A stretch of DNA of 64,000 bases from Lytechinus pictus (lineage: Eukaryota). Where the stretch lies: NCBI RefSeq assembly GCF_037042905.1, contig NC_087252.1:23748001-23812000 (forward strand), in the 5' to 3' direction. Below the pieces are notes generated by a model. It was not told where the DNA came from and searched no databases. It was given only the letters and a program-made list of their open reading frames with translations. Every line of letters starts with the position of its first letter. The first letter of the stretch is position 1. Made by a program: the position numbers and the translations under genes. Shown here piece after piece: positions 1 to 12,481 of the stretch.

Positions 1-290
1 ATAAGCCAAAACATCATCTACATTCACAAAGTAAGAATTTATTAATCGTTCCTCCAATATCAACAAAAACATACGGTGAAACTCATTTGCTCATGCCGCC
101 CGTTTTATGGAACAAGCTTCCAAATTCCCTGATAACAACTGATTCAGCTAACAAATACCAAACAGCCCTTAAAACCTACTTGTTTAAATTGCACCTAACC
201 TCAACATAGTGAACTCACCAACACATCTTTTCCTCTCCTTCATTTCCTGTATTGCATAGAGACATATCTGTTATGTGTTATACACTACAT
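1..290 (+). mobile_element. Degenerate L2/CR1-type LINE 3' fragment
   Basis: Translates, with frameshifts, to LWNKLPNSL...YQTALKTYLF, typical of the ORF2 C-terminus of this group. Confidence 0.6.
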
Positions 291-337
291 AAAACTGACT
301 ATTATTATTAGAGATAATTCAAAGAAAAAGGCATTAC

Positions 338-524
338 CTTCTCCAGTAAAACGGAAAGCTTCTGTCTCTTGCTCATGCCCTTCACAACCTAGTCTCCAGT
401 AAAAGAATGCATCATTGCCGTACCCTTCTGTACTCACAGTCAATGGGGATGTGGTTGCTGAACCTGAGCTGATGATATTCTTCTGGAGAAGAGGTTGTCC
501 ATTCCTTCCATCCAAGATGTTGAT
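338..524 (-). CDS. FAM234-like exon (INILDGRNGQPLL...SPLTVSTEGYGNDAFFYW)
   Basis: Overlaps ORF 285..515; AG acceptor at 525-526, donor GAAG|GTAATG. Confidence 0.8.
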
Positions 525-3500
525 CTTTGTGCGATGAAATAGAAGTGAATAATAATATATTTGGAAAGCACCATACCCACTTGTGGTAATTGCTCAAGGC
601 GCTGGAAGTTCAAGCAAATCCCAGCAATGGCATAGTTTCCTTCAGCAAGTATCCTTATTGTGCTGCACTCAACCCAGGCGAGGTGAATTGGTACCCGGCA
701 GGATTAATTGAGTGACCGAGCGGTGAAAGGCAGCTTGAGCTTAAGTCAGGGTAATAATAATAACTAGAGATGCTCGGCAGGTCGCACGGCCGAGCACATG
801 TATCCCCCGAACCCACCGCGTCATCGGTCATTGCAATATATAGAGCTCACATAGAAATTTGACAAATAAATACAATTGTCATGGCGACAATGACACTGCC
901 CACATTTTGCCTGTGGGTATTAAATTTGATGACAATAATATGACGTAGCAGCGTGACTCTGCCGAACCGAAAGTATTTTCCAGTATCACCTGTTGGGGAA
1001 TACAATTATAGAGTAATCTGGATATATTTTGTAAACCTAACCCTAAGACCCCCACCAAAAATGATAGGCATCTTCGGTTCACCATCTGATATTGCTTCTG
1101 TGTGCCAACTGTTATGACAAACTGGAAAAAAGCAGAAGTTACAGGTTCTACCAAATTTTCCACAAAAATATGGTTACCATGGCAACCATGTCTCCACCTA
1201 CTCCAAAATCATTAGGCGTCTTTGCTTTACCATAATGGACCTTCATGACAAATTTGAAGATAATTGGAGAAGAAATGCAGCCAGTAGAGCACTCACAAGG
1301 AAATCTCTGCTATTTCCACAAAAACTCGTTACCATCCCAGGTCAAAAAAACAGTTAAGGACTATGAGGCGCCGAATGTACCAATATTATATAGAACAATT
1401 ATTTGTTATATAATCATTATTTATTAAATAATAACTATTATTTATATATAATTTACATTTTATTTGTAAATAACTACTATTATATAAAATATAATTTCTA
1501 ATTATTTATATATAATTCCAAGTAATACTTCATTATTTGTAAATAATAATAGTTCGACATTCCATTATTTACAAATAATGATTATTTGTTTTTCATTATT
1601 TATAAATAATGATTATTTGTTTTTCATTATTTATAAATAATGATTATTTGTTTTTCATTATTTATAAATAATGATTATTTGTTTTTCATTATTTATAAAT
1701 AATGATTATTTGTTTTTCATTATTTACAAATAATGATTATTTGTTTTTCATTATTTATAAATAATGATTATTTGTTTTTCATTATTTATAAATAATTTGT
1801 TGAGTTTTCCATTATTTATAAATAATGATTATTTGTTAAATAATGAAAACGTCTACTTCATTATTTATAAATAATTTTTATTTAATGTTCGAGTTTTCCA
1901 TTATTTATAAATAAAGATTATTTGTTAAATAATGAAATATCTACTTCATTATTTATAAATAATAATTTTGTTTCAATATCCCATTATTTATAAATAATCA
2001 TTATTTATAAACAATTTTTACAGTTTGCCATTATATACAAATAATCATTATTTATATACAAATAACCATTATTTATTAAATAATGCCATTATTTATTAAA
2101 TAATGCCATTATTTATTAAATAATGGAAAACTCGCTATAACATGCAAATGTGGGACCGCCCATGATATGAATATTCATGATGCGATTTCCTTTTTCGTGA
2201 TTTTTCTTCACAAATTTTTGTCCATTTCCTCTTCATAATGACATTTCTTGAAGCAATTTTCTAGGGATATGGTCTGATTGTAATATTCTTCATTTTCTAT
2301 ATAACTTCGTCTTCGTAGAAATATCAAAAAGTGTAATTTTATACGATTTTTCCTACAGTTCACAATCCCCATAGGCGCGCGTGTACGGTAGGGACAACCG
2401 GTGAATCGACGGAGTGCTCTTCATCGAAATACTACGTTGGTTGGTCCCCGGAAGTGGCGGGCGGAATTTAGCCCGAATCCTCGATGGAAGTCGATCAAGT
2501 GCATATGAGCTGAGAGAGTGAAATATCAGTGTACTTGTAGGCCCTTCTACTTTTTATAAATATTTCTTGTTGCTTTTTTTGTTAAGTTAATTTTTCCTGG
2601 TGTAGAGATAAGTTTCAGTTCTAATAATGCACTTCAAATACATTTTGGAGTGTCTGTTTGAGGCGTTTGGGGCGATTTCACCCTGGCCCCAAAATGCTCG
2701 CAACGACAATACGGGGGCATGATGACCCCTAAATTTTTAAAAACTTATTTTACTATTGAAGATTATCACAAAATTCACCAAAAGTGTGCACGAAAGCCTT
2801 CGTATTTCACTTTTAAAACTCAGAAAAGTGCCCAAATGACAAGCTTGGTCGCTTCGCTGTGTCGCTTTCAACTTGAGAACGTTTACGCGTCTGCTCCCCC
2901 CCCCCCCCTCCTCCGAAAGAAATTCTGTATACGGCCATGCTCTAAAGAGCCTGGCACATTGATTTATGTATACTTTCATTTTCATTATTTTTATCTCATT
3001 ATCAACATGGCCTTACGCAGAATTTTTTCCAGGGGGGGGCCGGGGCCGGAGCATGACGCGCGTAAACTTTCTCAAAAAAATCTTGAAAGCGAGACAGCCA
3101 CGGGACCAAGCCCAAATGACAAGCTTTGTCGCTTCGCTGTCTCGCTTTCAACTTGAGAACGTTTACATGCGTCTGCCCCCACCCCCCGAAAGAAATTCTG
3201 TGAACGGCCATGCTCAAAAGAGCATATGGCACATTGATTTATATGTACTTTTCATTTTCATTATTTTTATCACATTATCATCATGGCCTTACACAGAATT
3301 TTTACCGGGGGGGGGGGGGGGGGGGGCAGCTAGGACGCGCGTAAAGTTTCTCAAAAAAATCTTGAAAGCGAGACAGCGACGCGACCAAGCTCAAATGACA
3401 AGCTTGGTCGCTTCGCTTTCTCAAGATTTTTATGAGAAAGTTTACGCGCGTCCTGCTCCCCCCACCCCCCCCCCCGGAAAAAATTCTGCGTAAGGCCATG

Positions 3501-6500
3501 ATGATAATGAGATAAAAATAATGAAAATGAAGTATACATAAATCAATGTGCCAGGCTCTTTAGAGCATGGCCGCATACAGAATTTCTTTCGGAGGGGGGG
3601 GGGGGAAGCAGACGCGTAAACTTTCTCAAGTTGAAAACGACACAGCGAAGCGACCAAGCTTGTCATTTGGGCACTTTTTGGAGTTTTAAAAGTGAAATAC
3701 GAAGGCTTTCGTGAACACCTTTGGTGAATTTTGTGATAATTTTCAATAGAAAAATAAGTTTTTAAAAAATTATAGGGGTCATCATGCCCCCGTAGTTGCG
3801 AGCATTTTGGGGCCAGGGTGAAATCGCCCCAAACGCCTCAAACAGACACTCCAAAATGTATTTGAAGTGCATTATTAGAACTGAAACTTATCTCTACACC
3901 AGGAAAAATTAACTTAACAAAAAAAGCAACAAGAAATATTTATAAAAAGTAGAAGGGCCTGTACAAGTACACTGATATTTCACTCTCTCAGCTCATATGC
4001 ACTTGATCGACTTCCATCGAGGATTCGGGCTAAATTCCGCCCGCCACTTCCGGGGACCAACCAACGTAGTATTTCGATGAAGAGCACTCCGTCGATTCAC
4101 CGGTTGTCCCTACCGTACACGCGCGCCTATGGGAATTGTGAACTGTAGGAAAAATCGTATAAAATTACACTTTTTGATATTTCTACGAAGACGAAGTTAT
4201 ATAGAAAATGAAGAATATTACAATCAGACCATATCCCTAGAAAATTGCTTCAAGAAATGTCATTATGAAGAGGAAATGGACAAAAATTTGTGAAGAAAAA
4301 TCACGAAAAAGGAAATCGCATCATGAATATTCATATCATGGGCGGTCCCACATTTGCATGTTATAGCGAGTTTTCCATTATTTAATAAATAATGGCATTA
4401 TTTAATAAATAATGGCATTATTTAATAAATAATGGTTATTTGTATATAAATAATGATTATTTGTATATAATGGCAAACTGTAAAAATTGTTTATAAATAA
4501 TGATTATTTATAAATAATGGGATATTGAAACAAAATTATTATTTATAAATAATGAAGTAGATATTTCATTATTTAACAAATAATCTTTATTTATAAATAA
4601 TGGAAAACTCGAACATTAAATAAAAATTATTTATAAATAATGAAGTAGACGTTTTCATTATTTAACAAATAATCATTATTTATAAATAATGGAAAACTCA
4701 ACAAATTATTTATAAATAATGAAAAACAAATAATCATTATTTATAAATAATGAAAAACAAATAATCATTATTTGTAAATAATGAAAAACAAATAATCATT
4801 ATTTATAAATAATGAAAAACAAATAATCATTATTTATAAATAATGAAAAACAAATAATCATTATTTATAAATAATGAAAAACAAATAATCATTATTTGTA
4901 AATAATGGAATGTCGAACTATTATTATTTACAAATAATGAAGTATTACTTGGAATTATATATAAATAATTAGAAATGATATTTTATATAATAGTAGTTAT
5001 TTACAAATAAAATGTAAATTATATATAAATAATAGTTATTATTTAATAAATAATGATTATATAACAAATAATTGTTCTATATAATATTGGTACATTCGGC
5101 GCCTCATAAAGGACCAGTTCATCCAACTGGTACTGGTACCAGTTGATTCCAGTTAGCGAACTGGATTCAATATGGAAATTGGAATACTGGAATCAACTGG
5201 AATCCAGTTGACAAATTGTAACTGGTACCAGTTGGAAATACCAGTTGGCAACTGGTCCTAACTGGTACCAGTTAGCAACTGGTACCAGTTGACAACTGGT
5301 CCTAACTGGTACCAGTTAGGACCAGTTGGAAACATGAGTTGTCAACTGGTGCCAGTTAAAACCAGTTGGAAACACCAATTGTAAACTGGTGCCAGTTAGG
5401 ACCAGTTGGAAACATGAGTTGTCAACTGGTGCCAGTTAAAACCAGTTGGAAACACAAATTGTCAACTGGTGCCAGTTAGGACCATTTTGAAACATGAGGT
5501 GTCAACTGGTGCCAGTTAAAACCAGTTGGAAACACCAATTGTCAACTGGTGCCAGTTAGGACCAGTTGGAAACATGAGTTGTCAACTGGTGCCAGTTAAA
5601 ACCAGTTGGAAACACCAGTTGTCAACTGGTGCCAGTTAGAACAAGTTGGAAGCACCAGTTAGGACCAGTTGGAAACATAAATTGTCAAGTGGTACCAGTT
5701 AGAAACACCCTGCAATGTATAGCATAAACAAAAATGAATCATGTGGATATGTACATTCCCGATCTTTTACTCTTCTCGTATAATCACTCCCTCGTTTTCC
5801 TTGCGCACACACACATTAGAATATTGGTACCAACACCCCCCCCCTCTCAGGCGGTTATTTCAATTATAAATTATCTTCAATTATCTTTACATTGAATGTC
5901 CACTCCTGTTATAACAATGTGCAAGGACAAGTGAAATAATTATCCTTGCACATAGGACTGATGAAATGAATCAAGGTAAATTTGTAGCATTGTATTGAAA
6001 CCTTGTTAATTTCCACATGCACAATATAACAGGATTGGACTGTAAACTTGCTCTGGTAAATCAATCCCTCAGTCTCTTGAAATCTGTACCAAAAAACATC
6101 AGAGAATGACAAAAGTCACAAAAAACATCTATATGGTATTTAAACTAGGAATTTAATGAAAGAAAATTATGTTACAAACTGTAACATGCTGTGTATAATT
6201 ATTGTATTATGTGTCAACAAAGATCATTAACTTACACAGTAAATATGTAGTCAATCCAATTTTTACATGCTAGCTTGGAGACAAAATTTGAATATAATGC
6301 ATCTAAGCATTTACCTTCAATAAATAATATGTACTATTTTTAAAGGAATGATAAAGGAGTCTTTTTTTAATTATTATTTATTGAGATCTTGGGGCCCTCA
6401 CTGGCTCTGAAGAGGAAACGTGAAACAGGTACCTTCCTTTCCTGTAGTGGCACTTGATCTTTGCTGGTAGATGCGATGTATCTGAAGATTAGAAGAAAAA

Positions 6501-9500
6501 AACCAATGGAATGAAAAATAATAAGTACAGTGAATACCGTAATACAAAATTTCAGTGGTGTAAAATTATATCTGCACATAAAGAAAATACATGGGATAGT
6601 GAAACTTCTTTAAGTTCCATATTTCAATGATTCAATTATAAATGATAGACAGCACATCATCATTTTTATTACAACATGTATAGTAAGTTCACATGGTCTT
6701 GGGAATACTTCTGAAATTGACATCGCAGAGATGAAATTGCCTCGACCTTATACCTATACATTTATTTTAAAGGAGAATGAAACCCTTGAAACTAGCTGAA
6801 TCCATATCAAAGAGAAAAATCAAAGAAACTTATTGTTGAAAGTTTGAGGAAGATTGAATGAATAATAAGAAAGTTATGAGCATTTGAATATTGAGATCAC
6901 TAGTGCCATGTAGATCCTCCCATCGGCAATGCGACCAAGATCTGTGATATCACACACGTATAACTCCCTCATTACTTTAGTACTTATTTCACTTATATTC
7001 TCACTTTTATAGAGTCTATCACAAGGTTAGGTGTTTTCTTTATGAGATGACAAGTACAGAGGTTTCACAACATTATATCATTGATGAATCGTTTGTCATA
7101 TGATTAGAATGAGCAAAAAGAGATGTTTTGGGGTATATTTTCAGTGTCCGAATGGGAGAGTTGTACGTGTGTGACATCACAGATCTTGGTCGCATTGCCA
7201 ATGGGAGGATCTCCATAGCATTAGTGATCTCGACATTCAAATGCTCATAACTCTTTTATTGCTAGTCCTATTTTACTCAAAGTTTTGTTGATCTTATTCT
7301 TTGATTTTTCTGCTTTCACAAAAGCTAACTTGCTCCAAGAGTTTCATTCTCCTTTAATAATAAAGACTTAGACTATGTATGTTTGCATATATGTATCTAG
7401 GAGTCTATGTTGCACATTATCTGCTAACATCTGATGGGTATTTCATGATTGTCAGTGCCGACTATTTCAGTGAAATCATTGCTTTTGATTGGCTGAGAAG
7501 CACTGGCCTCTGACTGTTACTATGGTAACTGTCGGAAAAAGACAACTTGTTAATGCTGACAACTTTCAAAAAGCAGTTCCCAGAACATGTTTAAAAACGC
7601 AAGACAAAGCAAAAAAAAAAATGAAATACAAAATTTTATCCGAGGATTAAAGTGATGGTCCGGGCCGAAAATATTTACATCTAAATAATACTTGAGTAAA
7701 ATTCACAGAGCAAAATGATGAAAATTTCATCAAAATAGGATAACAAGAAGTTATTGAATTTTAAAGTTTATCAATATTTTGTGAAAACAGTTGTATGCAC
7801 TTCGTCATGAATATTCATTAGGTGGGCTGATGTCACATCTCCACTTTCCTTTTTTTTATGTTACTAGATGAAATCATAAATGTTTGATTTTTTCATACAC
7901 GTGTAAATGATGCGTCTCCATTGTAATGAAATAAGTTGCGTCAATAACTAATGCACCTAATCAGTTGTCAATCCAATTGTCAATAGTTCTTGGTTAAAAA
8001 TATCTTAATAAACCTAATCTCATATAATAAAATACAAAAGGGCAATTGGGATATGACATCATCAGCCAACCTAATGAATATTCATAAAGACATGCCTAGA
8101 ACTATTTCACCGGAATAATGCAAATCTTTAAAATTCAAAACCTTAATTAGTTATCAAATTTTGATCAAGTTTTCAGCATTTTGCTATGTGAATTTTACTC
8201 TATTTATTGAGATATGTTTCCAGCCTGGACCATCCCTTTAATTCTACTTCTACGGTACCCCCACACATACTGGTAAGTCAGAGGTAAAAAACAACGAGAA
8301 CCAATTTAATTTCAAAGATAAAAAAATACTTCAGCCTCCAGATTTAAGAAAAAATTCAGGAAATATTATTTTAGTTCAGACTAATTGTGCACGTTTCATT
8401 TCGGAGGTCAATCTGAAATTATACTTCCAGTTTTAAATTCACACCATTTGGTTATGCAAAAGCATGAATTAAAATTGATGGGCATGGGCCCATGTCACTG
8501 GCTAGCCTAGAGGACTCCATGAAGATAATTTTATCATTTTTACATTGTATTTTCATCACGGAGCCTAGACAAGCCTCCTATAAGGTTGCTCGTACAACTG
8601 TGTAAACAAAGATAGATTTCCCTCGGAAATCCACCTTTCCCATAATGATTTTTGGGCAAACATTAAATTTTTACATTTTGTAAGCCTTGATACTCTAAAT
8701 GTGTACAAAGGCTTTAAAAAAATTAATTGTAAAATGTACAAATTGGAAATTTTCTTACAAAAAGGATCACTTGCTTGCAGATCTAGTCCTCACTGCCTCT
8801 GAAGAGTTCACGTGCGACAGGTACATTCCTTTCCCCTACTGGCACACATTCTTTGCTGGTAGATGCGATGTATCTGAGGAATTTTTTTCAAAAACAATGG
8901 AGAGAAAAATAATCAGTACAGTGAACAACAGCGAATAACAAATACGTATATATTACAGTGAATAGCAATACATGTCTACACCTTAGGCGGGCAAGGGTTA
9001 CTACAGAGTGTTGTAAAATTCCATTTGCACTTTAAGAAAAATACACGGGATTGTGAATCAATTTTTACATTGTATTTTCATCACGGAGCCTAGACAAGCC
9101 TCCTATAAGGTTGCTCGTACAACTGTGTAAACAAAGATAGATTTGATTTTTCCTCGGAAATCCACCTTTCCCATAATGATTTTTGGGCAAACATTTAATT
9201 TTTACATTTTGTAAGCCTTGATACTCTAAATGTGTACAAAGGCTTAAAAAAAAATTAATTGTGAAATGTACAAATTGGAAATTTTCTTACAAAAAGGATC
9301 ACTTGCTTGCAGATCTTGTTGTCCTCACTGCCTCTGAAGAGTTCACGTGCGACAGGTACATTCCTTCCCTGTACTGGCACACGTTCTTTGCTGGTAGATG
9401 CGATGTATCTGAAGAATTTTTTTTAAAACAATGGAGAGAAAAATAATCAGTACAGTGAACAGTGAATAAAAATACGTCTATATTACAGTGAATAGCAATA

Positions 9501-12450
9501 CATGTCTACACCTAAGGCGGGCAAGGGTTACTACAGAGTGTTGTAAAATTCCATTTGCACATTAAGAAAAATACATGGGATTGTGAATCAATGATTCAAC
9601 TATAATGATAAACAGCACATCATCATATTTATTTAAAAAAATGAGTAAGTTCACTTGGTCTTGGGAATACTTCTGAAATCAATGTCGCAGAGATCAGTCC
9701 TTCATGTTTATAATTCCATGGAGCTCAATAAATGGCTCTCCTTATGCCTCCGAATTTGCTTTCCTAGACACACTCAATTTTATAAAATGCTCAATTGTTG
9801 TAGATTGTTATTAAAATTGTAAATGCAACAGCTGTGTAGCTATTAATTAATCTGTGGTGAAACTAGGCTTGGGTCATGTACAAAAATATCGCGCTCCTCA
9901 AAAAAAAAATTATAAGTAGGGTGTCCGAACTCATATTAGGCCTAAAAAAAGTGCTAGAATTTCATATTTTACATCTTTAAAACCATTAAATCACCATCTC
10001 TTTTCCATAATTCTCATAATAGAAGATACACAAAGACCCCAAAAGAAAACTTGACATCTGAATTACCTAACTTACAGCCTCCTCATATGGAGGGCAGCAA
10101 CAAAGTATTCGGATCTCTACTCCTGGCGGTTCTGAGCTGGGCCTTCCTCTGGAAACTACCGGTACCCCAGGTCATGTTCACTGACTTCATCTCCTCCTCG
10201 AGGCTCAGTATGACTCCAGGTGGTTTTGGGTCTCCCTCTCTCCTGAAATACACAGTCAAAAAGTGATAAACAGCTATTCATGAAAAAATCAGACTCTTAA
10301 AATGGTGGAAAAAATAATGAATTTCGATTTTCGGCATTTCAAAATCTCATCAAAATCCTCAAATCGTGTGTAAAGTGATTGGTGCGCAGACACGAGGCGC
10401 TGGCCACTATCATAATGTTAAATCTGAAATTGAATTGAAAATCATAACTGGCTGAGTCTCAGATTTTTTCCAAGACCAAGAAAATCAGTTTCACATTCGA
10501 TCACATATCTCTCTCATTTACTTATAACAATATATGGAACAATATCAACTGAAAGATTTTGTGAAATAAAAAGAAATTCATGTTAAATCTTAACACAAAT
10601 CGTAAGGTCAATATGATGTATGTGCGCAGACTTGCACCGGCATGGCAGCCACACATCCACGCCCGGCTAGTCGCGGCCGGCAGGCAGCGCTGAGGGGCAG
10701 TAACAGGATGTCCTGACGAACTCTAACGTTACAGCTAGCCCCGCAGCTAGCTGCGAGCCGCGTCATTTAACAAACTACGAAAAGAAAATCATAGAAAATT
10801 GTTAACTTACCTGTAGAGCCTACTGCGAATGTCTTAGCTTTCAAGTCATTGTCCAAATCTGGTCCGTGTGATTTCAGTGGTTGAATTATTATTAAAACGG
10901 CCTTCTTTATCCTTCTTTATCGCACTAGCACTCGATAAAAGTGCGGTGCAAATTAACGGCGCGGCGAAGATGGCTCTTTCAAATTCAAATTAGATTGGCG
11001 GTTTGCGTTTGGAATTGGCGGCGCTGGTTAATTTGCATAATTATACGGACGATAGCGATCAGTGGCACTCAGTGCGCATGCGCAGGCCCGCCCGCGCCCG
11101 GTGATTGAAGGAAGATCTGCTGAGTCAGGAATAATGAAGGGGGGGGGGGGGGTCTAAAGCAAGAAAGAGGTTTTAAAATAGATATACGAACTTCTTAACA
11201 TAAAAATTTCTTCTTGTTTGGTTTTGGTTGGCAACCAGTCAAGAAATGACGATTTTTGCCTCTGTTTTTGGAGCTTTTTTTTTTCTTTGAAAGTTTAAGA
11301 ATGAATTAGCTTAATATTTGTTCTTTATTTCTATTTTATTTATTTTCTTTTTCTTTGAAAGATAAAGATAGCCTTGCTTAACATGGCAAGGTTGTAAACT
11401 AGCAATAAATATGCGCGTTATAAATAGAAAAAAATAGCTATTCTATTCACCTTCAAAAATATTTTTAAAATATCAGTGAGTTAAAAAAAGAAAAATACAT
11501 TAATTTTTATATGATTTGTAAAAATAGTGTAAAATAGTCCTCTTTAACTTAAATTAGAAAAAAGGGATTAAATAGGAAGAAATTTTTTTCTCGCAACAAA
11601 TATCTAGGATAACAATTTTTTTAATGTAAACTAGAAAATTTCACTGAGAATAACATGTTTCGATTTAAGTTATATGGTAATATCGAACCACATACTTTAA
11701 TGAAACTTTTCAAGGTGGAAATATTAAAATTAACATAAAGAATAATTAAGTTAGTTATTATGTAGATATTTTTTTCCTCTTATCCTCAATCGAGCTGTGT
11801 ATAGGATGGATAAATGCATGGCATTTATTGTGGTAAAAGGCTGAATTACATGAATTTGTACAGAGCAAAATTTCAGTAAACAAATAAGCAACAAAAAAAT
11901 AACAAAGTATACTAATGTATAATATTGGAAAGGGGATACAAAAAGAAAAGTATACAGGGAGGGGGGGGGGGGAGTAATGTCAAAAGCAGGAACGGACAAA
12001 TGTTGGGAGTAGGCTAAATGTATATACCTTTAACATAATGAACATTTTCACATAAATATATATTTAACCAATGTTGAATGAATAACAATACATGTAGATT
12101 AAAGAGTGGATTGTATGAAATAATACTTGCTTTTTTTAAAGAAAAGTAACGCTTTGTTGATGGTAACAATAATAATAGTTATAGGAAACACATTCATGAA
12201 TGATAATCATAAAGAATTATCTCAAAAGGAATTAAAAACAAAGATAAGAGGACTTTGAAGTAATATGATCTGTACAAAAAATATAAATATTAATGTAAAG
12301 TGGGTTACAGCTATATTGAGCCAGTGACTTGTCGGATAAGAAATTTGAATGATTACTGCAGATATCAACAATTACAAAAATATTTCAAAAGTCAGTTACA
12401 GTTTAAGAGAAGCGACAAATAAAACAACAAAGGTATGAAAACATAGTTCT

Positions 12451-12481
<31 letters not shown>

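Larger units (their letters stand above)
1362..5108. mobile_element. 3.75-kb palindromic foldback DNA element with 6-bp TSD (IS3EU-like termini)
   Basis: Starts TATGAGGCGCCGAATGTACC and ends GGTACATTCGGCGCCTCATA; TSD AAGGAC at 1356-61 and 5109-14. Arms of ~1.7 kb are near-identical reverse complements. Confidence 0.9.

Noticed and set aside
1564..1780. 31-bp repeats, and the 40/80-bp and 160-bp arrays, as a CRISPR array
   Set aside because: Units are head-to-tail with no unique spacers, there are no cas genes, and the context is a eukaryotic intron.
2719..3666. Cluster of 60-175 aa ORFs in the palindrome centre
   Set aside because: They arise from the 280-bp repeats and G/C homopolymers, appear on both strands by symmetry, and show no transposase or other domain motif.
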